The notes under the pieces: model-generated | Seen by the model: only the letters and a program-made list of their open reading frames with translations | What the model was told of the DNA's origin: nothing | The model's database searches: none | Shown here: positions 9,556 through 25,300 of the stretch, piece after piece | How positions within the stretch are numbered: the first letter of the stretch is position 1 | Layout of the letters: each line of letters opens with the position of its first letter | Source of the DNA: Schmidtea polychroa | Taxonomy: Eukaryota | Length of the DNA stretch: 64,000 nt | Reading direction: 5' to 3' | Assembly: GCA_044892525.1 (NCBI GenBank) | Contig: CM097887.1 | Location: 3,596,001-3,660,000, forward strand | Made by a program: the position numbers and the translations under genes

Positions 9556-12500
9556 ATGTTTGACCTAAATGATTGTCAATCTCTTGCATTAAAAGTGGCT
9601 ACCACAGGACTGATTGTTGCTGGTGGAGTTATGTGGTCAATGACTAAACCTCCTGCGCCAGTTTTAATGAAAAATGCTAACTATGATTGCCAATCTATCG
9701 TTGTTGATGCTGAGGTTAGTAATATTTTTGCTAAGCTTTGAAGATTTCTTTCTAATCTATCATTTCTGAATTGCATATTTACATAAATAATATGTAGTTT
9801 AAGTCATTGAAAGTGTATTATATAATATTTTTGAACAACGTAAACCTTGATAACAAGTTATGTATAAAGTTTGCTGAAAAATTGATAGATTTTGCCATTA
9901 TGGCATCAAATTGAATCCGACGTTTACTGAACAATCCTAAATGTATATCTGTCAAATGGCAATGATTTAGTAAATTTTTAGTTAATATAATGTTAATTGC
10001 TATCTTTGAAATTAATTTTATCCCACAGAATGATTCACAATTTATACTATTTAATCAGGGTTTCATTAATTCTGTTGAACTGCAGTAAATATTAGCAGCT
10101 TCTTTTCTATAAGCTTATTTTATTGATTTAAATTTTGCCCGGTATCCATGGTAACAGTAACCATATATCATATGGCAATTATACATTGAAAAAAACCTTT
10201 AATTATAAATCAAAAATTTATCTCATAATAAACGCGTGTGTTTGTGTGTCATTAACAAAATTGATATCAAAGCGCCTTGTTACATGAAATAATGTCATAT
10301 TTCTATTTATCAATTGCTACAAGTTTGAATTTTCTATTACCATTTAATATTCAATAAATAATTGATTAACTAATATAAATAACTATTGATTATATTGACT
10401 GCTAGGAAATCTAGATTAAAATGCTTATAAATCCACAATAATTGAATCAATTGCATTGCTCATAAAATATTGATTAATTATTAGTCCTAGAAAATATAAA
10501 ATTTATTCAATTACCCTTACAAATTGAAATAATGAAAGAACTCCAATTATGTAGATTTCTCTAATGTTTTTATCCTTTCTTTGTCCGGTTGAAACTGCCT
10601 TTGTCTATCCGTTACTCTTTATCAGGATTATTCTAACGTTTGTGGTATTTATCTAAGAGAAATTTAACACCTTTAACATGCCATTCAGAACTTCTACAGT
10701 ATTATCGCTATTTTCTTGTGTAACTGGAATTGAATTAAAAACTTTGCTATTTTCATCACTGAATTTCATTTTATCATCAAAAAACCTTTGGACATTTTCC
10801 TCTTGTAAATATGTCTAACCTTTTGTAAAATTAGCCATCTTGCCTTTTATACTGTCTTCAGTATTCTGCTATGCTTGTTTCTCATAATCATCTCAGGAAA
10901 TTGTTGAAGGCATTTCTTAGGTTTCTTTTTCCTTTTTCCCAATGGTAATTATAAACTGTTACGTCATCGAATATTATTGTTATCGTTTCTTTGTCCGGTT
11001 CAAACTGCTTTTGTCCCATTTGAGTTATTATTAAATTTTACCGAATTTAAAATTTTCTTTCATTCAAAATTGAGAAACCAAATATTTTTTAACAAAACTA
11101 TCTTTAATCCTTCATCCGGTCGCTGTCAGTTATTAATGTCCATTGTTGAGTGTTTGTAATATAAGAAAATTAAAGCTTAATAAACACCATTATACACAGA
11201 AATCGCTCATATACATTTCCTATAATATAAAAAAATCAATAATCTTATATTATACAAACATACAAATTCACTTTCATTTAACACTGATGTTCTCATTGAT
11301 AGTGCAATAATATACACCTTACACAAACACAACACATACTAATAAATACATGCAAACTTTTGATATATAGAAATGCGTCGCTGGGATACGTTTCTATAAT
11401 AACTTTATTTTTAAACAATTTTTAGACAAATGTTTTGAAAGAATATATATTTTTGGTGATTACTTTAATTATTTAATTACAATTTAAATATATCTGACTT
11501 ACATTATATCGAAATAATTCTAAAATAAATTTCATAAATTTGCTAAAAAGTAATAAAAATAATTTATAATACAAATGTTGATTAAAAGTAATATTTAAAA
11601 ATTTGAATAATAATCTCAATTATATAAAATCAATAAAATATATATTAGCTAAAATCTATATAAAATCCAAGCCTAAAAATTTACTTAAAATTGAATATTT
11701 TACCTGAAAGCCATTTCAAAATTGGTTGAAATAAATTTCAAGAAATAAATTTATTAAATTGGTGAGTCAATTTAATGATGTGCGCACTAATCACCACTAT
11801 AGAAAATGTATCTCAGTAGTGTGGTATATTTTTCTTAAAAAATAGGTTCCGGAATTCATGCTTTACTAAATATTTACCTTGACTTTTTTAGTAAAAGAGC
11901 GTAATAATGAAGTACACAGTTTTTTCAATTCAAAATAGTTTTATTATTCAAATATTATAAACAAAAAAAATCAAAAACAAAAATCAGAAAAAAATACAAA
12001 AATTTCCACACACACAGAGCATATTTGCATCATGTTCAGCATCTCTTCTTTGCTAAGTGCTGAGACTAGAATGATGTCCTTTGACGATCCATGATTCAAC
12101 ATATTTAGTAGGGTGAAAGTGGCGAAGCGGTGTTCCAACAATACGCAAAAATAGAAGCTATGAAACAGTATTTGTGAGAAGGGATACTTTTCCAGATGTG
12201 AGGAAAACTCTTTGTCTCCCAACTAGAAGAAAGTGTTACCATTCTCTGTTTCAGTTTGAATATTTTCGGGTTTGTCTTCTGTTGAAAAAAACTTGTAATT
12301 TTGTTCTTGTTGTCCATTAGGAATTTAAAAAATAACTAATTAAATAAAATTCAAATTAACTGAAATCATTAAGCATATATAAACAAACGCTTGCTCGATT
12401 CAATTATTTTTTTAGGAACGCACCGAAAACTTTTAATACATTAAAAATAGAAAAATTGGTTCCGGAACTACTTTTCGGTGCGTTCCGGTAGAAAAATAGC

Positions 12501-15500
12501 ATTGCCAACCACAATTATAGAAACTGTGTATAGAAATAGATTAAATGGTAGAAAAATAACTTTAACATACAACCACGACATATAAAAACATTCATTTAAA
12601 TTTTCGATATATGAAAATATTGCATGGAATGATAGCATTTTATATTTTGATTTTTTAAAGAAAATATATTAAAAATTTAGAATTTAATGAAAAAATATTT
12701 AGTACTCTAGAGTTTCGAGGTAATAAAGAAAAAATAGTAAATAATGAACACGAATTGCGTTTTAATCAGTCATTATAATTATTACCGAAAGTGCATTTAG
12801 TTCTATAATTTACAAATTTGAAAGAGATAAACTTCAGAAAGTCAATGAAAAAATTTATGCACATTATTTTATAAATATTTCCAAAAAATACGATGAATAA
12901 TATAAAAGCATTAAATTTAATTTAGAAATTCTTTTAAATTGTAAAATTTCCAAAAAACAAATTTTCTAAATTATTAATTTGAAAAACATGATTATGGCCT
13001 ATCTGTTGGTTTGCACACAAACCTGCACTATAGGTGTTATTATTCCATGCAAGCTGGTGTCTAGGTAAGTTTTATTTATATTACACCTGGTTGCTTTTCT
13101 CTATGTATATTATTAGCTACACCCAACTCTTTTTTTACACGATTTTGAAATAACACGGTCCACAAAAAAGGAACAAATCTTTTTTTGCACGAAATATTCG
13201 GTTTAACACTATTTTATTTAATATTGTTTTTATTGTTATTTTGACAAATATTTTTTTAGAAAATTTTACTTACATAAGGAAGTTTTAATAAACTGGTAAT
13301 GTTATTTTTTTTAAATTTTAAATTTTTTAGATATTATTTTATTTTACTAAAGGAAATTTTAATAAACTGGTAATGTTATTTTTTTTAGATTTAAAAATTT
13401 TTTATTAAGTGTTTTTATTTTAATTTTTATTATGGCCGATTAATAAGATGCCTAAACCAACGAAAAATAATCGGAAGCGACAAGCGATTTCTTTGGAAAC
13501 TAAAATAAAAATTTAAGACAGTATTGAGACAGGCGTAGGTTCCACATCTGTTGGCAAAGATTTTAGTTTAAGTGAAGCGACTATCAGAACCATTTTTTTT
13601 TCAGAAGCAATTTTTTCTCACTCATGATCCTAACGTGGAACGTGCATTAAAATTCCAACGGAATTTACAGGTTTGTATGGCTGGCTATCAAGAACTTTAT
13701 AAGGAAGTTAAAAGGGCAAAAACCCAGCAGCTTATAATAGATTTTATCATAAGAAAACCTATATCAGATTTGATAGACCTAAGTGAGTAAAGCAATTTAG
13801 CCAGTCTACAATAAACGTGCACGCTTATTATAAAGTAGTGATAATAAATATTAGTTGCTAAATAAGACTTATATTTCCAATTTGAATTTAATTTGTATGT
13901 ATTTATGAACTAAAATTTTATTTGTTTTTTACTTATGGACTAAAATTACTATTATTATCTATTTTTAAAAAAAAACATGTATGGATTATATTTTCTAAAA
14001 CTTATATAATATGGTTTCAAGATTTACTATTTTTTTGCACGGTTTTTTAGAACAACTAATGGTTCCTTTTTCTATTTTACACGGTTTTCTATAATTGTAG
14101 AACACATCCTCAATTTTACTATGGTTAACATGTCTTTTTTTACACGATTTTCTTTCGAACGTATCTACCGTGTAAAAAAAGAGTTGGGTGTATATTGTTT
14201 CATTTTATTTATGCATTTTGTGAAAAAATGGCGAATTTTGAAAATTAATGTTTTTAAATAAAATTTTTTAAAAAATTATAAATTACAAACTTTTTGGTAT
14301 TCATAATAGCCGTTAAAAATGAAATTCATATTCATCTTTTACTATCACTAATCACAATCATTGCATTCGATAGCATCCAAATATTTTTTTTTATTAAAAA
14401 ATTCTTTCAAAATAATGAATTTATTTTTTTTTACATAAAATTATTTACTTTCATATGCTCATATAAAAATAATACCTTATAAGGATATCGGAAGAAATTT
14501 TATTATTAATTTAATTTTTATTAACATGAAATAAAAATTACAACGTAAAAAGGCCTTAACCCCTTTACCGTCAACTTCTTTTTCTGAAATTGACCCTTAA
14601 TTGGCGACTTTATTTGCGGCTATAAAAACATTAATCTTTTAATTATTTTTCAAACAACTTTATCAACAATAATGAACAACTAATAACGAATAACAATTAA
14701 CTAATTAATAACAAATAAAGCTGTTTTTAGTATTGTTGTAAAGTAATGAGTAGTGGATAACAAGGTACTGAATAAGATGAACAATTGTTTTGCAAGTTTT
14801 TGTGTCTTTTGCTCCAACCTTTTGTAAGAATTTTTTTGTATTGTCTTCAATTTTATTTATCTGACACACTAGAACAGCATAATAATAGTTGTTGTGATGA
14901 TTTAGCCTATAGCGATGGGGTAATACAGCCAACGTTCTCTCTAAGCTGCGCGCGCAGCACCTCCAACTCCCCAGCGCAGCAAAATTATTTTCAGCGCAGT
15001 ATATTTAATTCAATTTTTGATACTCAATATTATTATGTGGTTCATTTTGAATATTTAAAAATTTTCAATGTTAATAACAAGATGCATAATAACAGTATAT
15101 TTCTGTAGTGTCGTTTTAAAACTCTTACAACCACGTTATAGCATTTTGACGCTCATTTGTATTTAAAGGCTGCTCAGCGCAGCTGACTTTGCGCGCACTG
15201 CTGCTTATGGCTTAGAGGGAACATTGAATACAGCTACATTGAGGTTTGAAACGTTTTCTGAGATTTCATGGGATATGGTTTTTGTATAATTTTTTATTTT
15301 GTTTAGCCCTGCCATACATTCTTGCCCTCAGCAGGGCTAGAGTTGTAGTAGAGTGCATGGTTATTATGGTTTGATGTTTCTAAATGACCTAGAACGACGT
15401 ATTTACGTTTAGCCGAGTATACTCGGGTTTACCGGTAAAGGGGTTAAACTTATAAATTAATTCTAGACATGGAGCGTGTATCAAGTAAAATAAATATATA

Positions 15501-18500
15501 CACACAAACACGGTTCACAAAATTTCTAAAATAAAAAATACACAATTTGACAATAAATATTTTCACCTTATCAACTCGTCTATATAACAAGATTATAAAA
15601 ATGTGTAAGTTCATATTTTAAATTTAGCTAATATATATTTTTAATTGATATATTTATTAAAAATTGACTATGAATCAGTAAAGATATCGATATTTTTTGA
15701 TATCTTTACTGATTTAAAGGCAATTTTTTAATAAATATAATGTTAATTGAAAATGAAAATAAATCAGAGGTGAAAATCAAAAGAAATTCTTATTATAATA
15801 TTTTGTGAAAAATATATCCTATAAAGTAAGCTTTTGGCGGGACAGTCCTGATTTATCCCGCGTCCCACAACGTTTTTCCAAACTCCCGACTTTTGGAATT
15901 AAGTTAAATTTTATATTTATGAAAATCATTGTTTTGCATTATAAGAATCCTACGGACTACTAAGACTAACATATTGCTTTTCTTACCCAGTTACATTGTA
16001 TTTGTTTCTCAGATGATACACTTCGTGTTCGTACTGCGTGCTAGGAAGCTAATTAAACAAATAAATATTACAAATATATGCTACATACCATAGAAAATTA
16101 AGGTAAGTAACTTATTTTTATATTTCATAAATACATAAATTTTCTTAAACTTAGCTTAAAATACTCGTAGTCTTCAATTTTATATTGATAACAAAAAGTA
16201 TATCATTGACCCTAATCTTAAAAGAAATTGTAGAAAGAAATATAAAAATAAAATTTTGCAAATATTTTAAGTTAATCAAACTAATAATATGTCAAGGAAT
16301 AAAATATTATACAATTTTTTATATTTATAAATTGTACTTATGTTAAAAATCAAAAAAATATTACCATATTATTTTTATTCTATATGAAAATTTTTGTTGA
16401 TACCGCCCTCCTTCAAAGTTGTCCCGCTTTGCCCATCTAAAAATCTGGTTACCTAACTATAAAGTTTCTTTAATTCTTTATACGGTCGCTGTCCATTGTT
16501 AAGTGTTTTAATATAAGGAAGTTAAGGCTTTAATAAAACGCTAGTTACACCAGGTTTCGTTAAATAATATCGTCTGTAATATGAATATATCAATGAATTT
16601 ATATTATGGAAGTATACAGATTTGTAGAGAGATTAATAGTTTCAAAAAACACAGGACAGAGTCGAGATCAACATCACCCGTTTCCATGCAGGCAAGAGAC
16701 AACCAGAAGTTTTCGTACACTCGTTTCCACCTATCTTCGTTGTCTTATCCTTGCTTATAATCTGGCTATTTAAACCGAAAAACTTTTTATATTANNNNNN
16801 NNNNNNNNNNNNNNNNNNNNNNNNNNNNNNNNNNNNNNNNNNNNNNNNNNNNNNNNNNNNNNNNNNNNNNNNNNNNNNNNNNNNNNNNNNNNNNNNNNNN
16901 NNNNNNNNNNNNNNNNNNNNNNNNNNNNNNNTTAAAGGTTTCATTTCATTTCTTTATAATATTAGTTTTCTTATATAATTTTGCGATGATATTGCAGCTT
17001 TTTGGGTAATAGGTTAGGCATAATTTATTTAAATATAAAATTATATTATACATGTTTTTAAATGTAAAAGAACAATGCTGTATAAATAAATGATGCCATA
17101 ACACTACCTTTATTAGATATTATTATGCCTACTTACAGTAAATATTGTAGAGCTATTTTGTGAGCAAGCTATTATGACGGGCACCATATTTTTGTTTTTA
17201 TCATTATTTATTATATTTATTTAACCTTTGAAGCGGAGAAATGGACACATTTTGTTTTTTATTAATTTCAACATAAATAGCTTCTATGTTGTTAGCGTTT
17301 TATCTAAATTTGGTTTCAAAGAAAAATAAAGTCCAAAATTTTCAAATATGTAGGACACCTGAAATTGTAATATTGACGCTAGTTAATAAATGGATATTAG
17401 AGTGATCATTAAATGATCTTATTCAGAATTCAATTCGATCATCCCAATTTCCTACAATTCCACCGGTAAGCAGAGGTAAATGCTCTGACATGAAAACTCT
17501 GTATGATTTGTTTCAATGTGGCCTAATTCACGGGGGTAATTAGAATGATATCACCAGGCATTATATTGCTATAACCATTTATCTTATCAGAACATGAGCC
17601 ATGCCTCGGTTACAAAGTGGATAGTTCAGCCTCCAATTATCACTGGCTGACATATAGTGAAGTGAGTTGTTCAATTGTCCAACTTGTATCTATCCTTAGC
17701 GTCATATGACAACGACATGTTAATAACGGCGGACCCTTGCAATTTAATATTCATGTTGTTGACCTGTTGAAAATTATTATTATTATTATCAACCGTTATT
17801 ATCTCGCTAATTCTCACTTGGCTTAATGAATGTCCAAATTTTATAATTAATCACTGCCATTAACTTTATCACTAATACTCTTTACTTTTTGAGTTTGACA
17901 TCAATTCCCAGTTGATGCGAATTTCACATGTTTATATTGCCCCAATTGCCGATCGTTCTCCTTGAATAATTCCTTCTTTTCATATATATATTTTCTGTGC
18001 CTTTACTCGTCGCTTAAGTCTTTTTAATCTACACCTTCTGTATTATTATCCGATTGGTTTACTTAGAAACAAGGTCCATATAATTCCTCTTTAAAACTTA
18101 TTCGTTATGTTCAAGATTGCAATATTCGACATTTAGGTCGATGAAAATTCTCGACGAACTGGAGCTGGTATAATAAAGCTTTTGAATCAATCTCCAGGAA
18201 TAAATACAAAAATCGGGATATTCATGAAGAATTGCGTTGAAGTAAATAAGTTATTTTCTTGACATCACATTAATTGTGACATTACAAAGTGGGTCTATGT
18301 TGAGCAAGGCTGTACAAGATATTCCATGCTCCTTGTGCCACTGTACGATACCAGTGGGGAGCAGTCCTGCCAATATATTATCAATCATGGTTAGTTATCA
18401 TATTATTATACAAGTTATTATACAAAGCTTCTATAACTTGTTCCTAATTTCTTTTAATAAATAATATTATAAAATATTTATAAAATCATTTTAATAATTA

Positions 18501-19432
18501 TATATGCAATTAATAAATTTTTTAACATAATTTTGAACCAATGAGAAGAGAGAAAATGGAAATAAAAGAAAAGATCAAAAAGCATTTGAAAATTGAAGCA
18601 GCTAATTCCAGGAAATTGATAAGGATTATTATTATAGTCCAAAATCTTTTCATTTTATTCAATATATTCTTCGCATCAGTGATTCCAAAAGTGGTCTATA
18701 TTTACCCCCAGGGGTCGACGGCGACTTGTAAGGTGTCCATGTCAGCGGGGAAATAAATAGGGGGTCCATAAAACGAGATTAAATCTCATATAAGCAGGTC
18801 GTGACATTCAGCGGTTTTGACTATCTATCCATATTGTGACATTGATGAAAAGGATGTCATATTACAAGAGGAACTGATCGGAATAAGCACTAACGAAACT
18901 CTTAAGTTACTGTTTCAAAAAGGCCTGTTACTTATCCCATATTGTGGAATATTTTTAATAGCTTCTCCATCCTCATACTTAGTGGAAAGGGTTTCATTGC
19001 AGTTGACAATCTCATAACAAAATAAAACAAACTGGACATCATTAACCGAGGAGAATTGAGATTGAACCTAACTAAATCGATACCAAATGTTGAAAATTTA
19101 TTATTAAAGTATCAGGTTCATCCTTCCCACTAAAAGCATTTATTTTTTACTTAGTTATTTTATGTTATAAAACTTACTGTGTTTTTCACATTACACCTCA
19201 CTACAGTTGGAAATTTAAATCTTTCAAAGTGAGTAGTACCATACCAACTGTCAAAAATATATTTGAAGTTGATGAATTTGCAAAGAATCATTATCAGGTA
19301 AGCAGGGGGTCACCCAAAATCGAAAAACATGGTAAGTGGTCCATGGGACAGAAATGTTTGGGAACTTCTGGCTTATATTATTATTTAATTTTTAAACCTT
19401 TAATTAATGCTGCTACCAAGAAATCATCACTT

Positions 19433-19465
<33 letters not shown>

Positions 19466-22315
19466 TAGTCATAGAAATGGTAAACATAATTACTATCATC
19501 ATGTGACATCATATGAACAAGAAAACAAATAAAATGAGATAAAATAAAAAAATGACATTACATAATACATAATTGATAATATTTATCATCATCAATGACA
19601 AGTTTTGAATATCCAAAAATAAACTTGTACTCTTAATTGCAAAATGTGCTAATGAACCTTAATTGATTGGCAATTGATCTTTGTCCAAATCATTGATACG
19701 TTCACTTTCTTTGACTTTTGACTTTGCAACTTATCCAGTTTTAGCATTGGACTTTGTCATATAGTTAATTTCATTTATATTTGTATAGAGCGTGCGGCAG
19801 AAGTCCCTTAAAGATCTAAGATGGAAATCCAAGGTTCTTTATTGATTTTTTTACATTAGGTACGGCAAATTATGTTTGATAGATGATATTATCTTTTCAT
19901 TGCGCTTCTTAGTCTTCTCCTTAAAGAAATAGGACACTGTCAAATCTTGTAAACAAGGTCACCAAACTATATAACCATTTTTCAGTATTAATCGATTAGG
20001 AAAATGTTACTTCAAAATTTCAATTGTTGCTCTGGTTGTATGAGCGGTTGTGCCATCCTGCTGGAACCAGATCTTATTAGCGCCTAGGTCGTATATTTTT
20101 GACATTTTTAGTTCCTTTGAGTTATAAAATCATCATTCTCGAAGAAATACAGTCCGTTTATTTTTGCGGATGTAATGCTACACGAGCGCAATGGTTTTTG
20201 ATGAAGCTGGCGTGGATTTGATATCTCACAAAATCTACTGTTTTGTCTACTCACCAATCCTTTTAAATGAGAAGTGATTCAATCTGTTATCATTAAATTT
20301 AATAAAATATTATGGTTTTCCCTATTTCATTTAAAATCTTTCTGATAGGTTGAACAGGAATGATCAATCTCCTGGATTGTTGAATTACTTGAATTTTGTA
20401 TGGGTATAGAAGCAAATCAATTTATAAAAGTTTGCAAATGTATTTCACTGGATCCTTGTTTGTTTATTTTGATTCGAATATCCTTCATTACTTTTCAATG
20501 CCTGTCTAAATGCCTTATTTCTAGGATTTCAAACATCTTTCATTGCTCACATGAAATGATAATAATATTATGATTATTAACCTCATGTCTGGGCGCTTTC
20601 AAAGCTTAATAATTCCTGAATAATTTTTTTTTTGAATAAAAATTTTTAAAAAATGTTAAATTGGGTTTTCTAAGGGCGGTGTAATTTGTAAATGTTTATC
20701 GGATATGATATACATTCATTACATTCATTTAAAGCTTATAAAATTCAGCCATACAGATATAAAAACAAATAGTTCTAAAGCATGAAACAAAAATTAAACC
20801 GATTATTTAATTATTAAAAACATGAAATCCGAATTAAAATGTAAATTAGCATATAATCAATTAAAATCAATTTGATTTATCGTCATTATGATGATAGATC
20901 AATTTCTTCATATTTAACCAGAATTTTTGATAGAATTTTTAACACTAAAAAGTCAGTGCTGAAAATTTGTGTTAAATAGTAGAAAATTGATCTATAGTTG
21001 AAATAAAGGCTAATGTGGTTATGAAATAGAAATAATTAACAGTTTTGAAAGAAATTTTTCCGCCATTTGAATAAATTAAGTATTAATAAATTGAAAAAAG
21101 TCAATTTTCATACAACGTTAATATCAAGTGAACAAGTGAAACATTTTGGTTATGATCAATATTTTCCTTTCAGTAAAATGTGAAGTAATATTTGTGGACA
21201 CGGACAAAAAAATTGATTTCCTTCTAAATTTAAAGTCATCAATGCCTCATTTGAAATATATAGTAACGCTGAATGATGTTGGAAAAGAGAGACTTCAAGA
21301 AGCTTCGGTGAAAGGAGTGCAATTTTTTAAATTTTCAGATATATTGGCAAGTGCAATTATCGATATTTCTTTTAAAATTCCATCTTTTTCTTTATTCAGG
21401 AAGCTGGCAAAAATTATCCAATTCCATTGCAGGTAAATTACCTTCGTTGGATTGGAAATCATAATTGGTTTTTCAGTTACCTCAAGCACATGACCCAAGC
21501 TCGATTTTGTTCACAAGNNNNNNNNNNNNNNNNNNNNNNNNNNNNNNNNNNNNNNNNNNNNNNNNNNNNNNNNNNNNNNNNNNNNNNNNNNNNNNNNNNN
21601 NNNNNNNNNNNNNNNNNNNNNNNNNNNNNNNNNNNNNNNNNNNNNNNNNNNNNNNNNNNNNNNNNNNNNNNNNNNNNNNNNNNNNNNNNNNNNNNNNNNN
21701 NNNNNNNNNNNNNNNNNNNNNNNNNNNNNNNNNNNNNNNNNNNNNNNNNNNNNNNNNNNNNNNNNNNNNNNNNNNNNNNNNNNNNNNNNNNNNNNNNNNN
21801 TTGTGCAATAATATCCTGAAATTATAATAAATGATATTGGAAGGCCTGTAATTATTGTCAATCCTTAATATCACTCAGGAATACCTAAGGGCTGCCTTAT
21901 AAGGCACGATTCAATTTTGTCTAGCATTGGCTCAGCTTCAACTTTTTCCGATGTCGTTAGTTGATTGTTATAATGGCTTCCTATGATATATTTGCAATTC
22001 GATTTGGCTCGGCTTAATCATTTATAATTGAATATACTCGCCATTAACCAATTGATTTACCAATTGATGCATAAACAAGTTCATTGAACTGTCCCTTCAT
22101 TATCTGCTGCCATTGGATGATTCGCGTCAGCACTAACCACGTGTAATTGTTAACATTCAATCAGTGATCTTGGCACCGGGTTGCATGTGTCCCTAGAACT
22201 CTTTCATAATATACCTGATATTGCTTCTCCATCTGCGATCACGCCGCAGGTCATCTAAATCCTTAATTCCTTGATATCACCTTGGCAATATGCACAAAGC
22301 GCTTGGAATACTCCT

Positions 22316-22352
<37 letters not shown>

Positions 22353-25300
22353 GATAAATAAATTACTTTATAGGAACAAACATAAAGCTAGCGGTGATAA
22401 TTAACATAATAAATGGGTACCCCCAAACACGAAATCAGTGCATTCTATGTATGGGTATTGTGAGGTGTTTTCAGCTGAGAATTGAATATTTCAATGATAT
22501 ATTAAGATAATTCTAAATGATAAATAATGGATTATTGAAATATTTTTTAAATTGAAAATTTGAAAAATTAAATAAGTTTTTTTTAAAAGAAGTTTTATTA
22601 GTATATAATTTTTAAATAAATATATTTTAAATATCGAAATTGTAATAAATTGTTTTGAAAATTATACAATATTTCATTAAATAAATACTGGGAATTATGA
22701 CGTCGTTATCTTTTGAACCGGATTTATAAAATAATTTAGAAGGTGTTAGTAGAATCTAATAGGTACAAACGCAAATGAGCACGGCTAGCCTATTAAAGGG
22801 GCATTTAAAAACATTTTCACAATTAAAATTAATATTAAATCGATTATTAATTATAATTAGATAATATAATCGAAATTAAACATTTAAAAGATAATCATTA
22901 ATATACAATATTCAAATACAATATTTATTCAATTATTATTGAAGATATGTAATATTTATAATGGCGCCCTAATATTAGCTATGGCAGTCAAATATGCAAA
23001 TGTGGAACTGGCATTTGTACATGATGAATTTCACAAAGCCTCTATATACTTCCATTTTCAAATTTCATTTAGTTTTATTTATTGTAATTAATTAATTAAT
23101 CACAATAAATAACAAAATTGGTAATAATAATTAATAAAATTATTCAATATTCATCTGCATATATATAGAGTTATACTTGGTAATTTGGTTGGTGGTAATA
23201 TTTAAAAGTTACCAATCAAATCTATGAGTCCAAAGCGTGCTTTATTTGATCCACAAAATAACAATTATCAAACAATATAAACCTTTATTGATTATCACTA
23301 TTGATTACACGAATTATAACAACACGATCAATTCAATACTCAAATATGTAATTATACAGAGCTTATTACGACACTACGTGAGGAATAGCTCATCTCGTAT
23401 ACTTCCCAATTACTGAACAATTACCAGCCGCTGATCTGATTCAATAATTTAGTAAATTGAATTGAATTTCCCTTTGATTTGACTTGAATTCTTACCGAAC
23501 TCAATTTTGTGCACCGTTTAGTTCCAATATTTTCTCTTCTTTCCAATTTCTAATTTCTGATTTCTCTAATTCCGAATTATTTCTCGACTATCTTTTAGTC
23601 TTTCCTCGACCACTAACTTCTGATTCCATTTAGAAGACTTGCGTTTATAGTCCGATACTTGTGATAATTCATATTTCCATTCCTGCCTCTCAATAATTTG
23701 CACAGTTCGGCACTCAGGATAATTTGTCATTTTTTTCATTTCTGCTTCTTTTCTATTTTCCTCATTACCTCTGAAAGTTTGGAGAAGCCAGTTTTGTTTT
23801 CATGTTTTGTTTTTTTTAGAATTCCTTTTTACTTTCTCTTGTACTTATTAATTATAAGTGACCTCCGCTTTATTGTTATATTTCTTTTGTTTTGTTATTC
23901 CTTCCTCATTTCTCAATTTTTTCCTTTCTGTTTTCTTCTCCAAGTTTCAGAGTGCTATCCCAATCACCCTATCGGTCTTCCCCAAGTTATTCTAATTATT
24001 TATAATATTATTTACTATTTAGATATCCTCAACAGTTATCTATCTGTAATAGTAAGGGGAAATCTAAGAAATTTATTAATTTCTGTATAATTTCGAGCCC
24101 CATGCTTCCGTATACAATTGATCTAAATATTAGATTAATTGTTCCCGCATTTGTATCTTTTGCTAGAAGGGTGCAAATTTCTTCCATTAGGGATATTTGA
24201 CATCTTTGGAGGTTTCCTTCAGGCCCCCCCCCATTCCATTGAATAATTCGTTTTATTCATAATTTAAGTGAAAATTCTGATAGGTTGGTGTGATTGAAAT
24301 ACCCTTCAATTAGTCATATATTTTTAGTTTTTTGTTATGATAATTGTGGAAAGTTTTCTAATCTTTCGGACTTTTCGGTTATTCTTGGTTTTTTACCCCC
24401 TTCCCCTTAAAAGCATATCCCATGTCGTTCTCAATCTCAGTATCCTAATTAATCATCCGGTCTCGATAATAGTAGCACAAAAGTTTAAAACATAAAAAGT
24501 AATTGTTGCACTTGTCTACTGCCAATAAATGGGAATAAAACTTTCTCCGTCAGATGCTGAGGAGAGAAAAGGAATTTGGATTAAAATTTATTTATTTATG
24601 ATTAATCTATTCGGATTTATCTTTATAATAAATATCTTGATGGGAATTAGACTTGTTTAGTGATGGACTAAGATGTAAAATTATGCAACAAACATCTCCC
24701 TGTTTTCGTTATTCTGACTTTCTCACAAATTACACCTATTGGCCATTATTAAATATGAAAATATATTCTAGAATTGTTAGAATTCTTTCAGTCAGCTTCA
24801 TTGAATGATTACTTTCCCCCAGCTCTTCCTGTTCACATTTGATTTCCTGCTGATTTGCACATCATCATTTAACCTCATCATGCTAACTACTCATTTTATT
24901 TTCAGATAAAATTCGGCAGCAAAAAGGAAGTTCATTTATCGTTTTTACCATTGACTCATGTTTATGAGAGATTAGTCCATGTGAGTTGATTTTTATTATA
25001 GCTCATTTATCTGGATTTCCCATATTCATTTTATTGTTTTCTCTAATTCTGCATTTGCATTTTACTCAATTTTTGTTCTAATGTCATATTTCTATTTATC
25101 AATTGCTACAAGTTTGAATTTTCTATTACCATTTAATATTCAATAAATAATTGATTAACTAATATAAATAACTATTGATTATATTGACTGCTAGGAAATC
25201 TAGATTAAAATGCTTATAAATCCACAATAATTGAATCAATTGCATTGCTCATAAAATATTGATTAATTATTAGTCCTAGAAAATATAAAATTTATTCAAT

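Noticed and set aside
23698-24090. 130-aa hydrophobic ORF (also 5461-5694)
   Set aside because: Phe/Leu/Ile-rich reading of the T-rich strand of LTR U3 regions.
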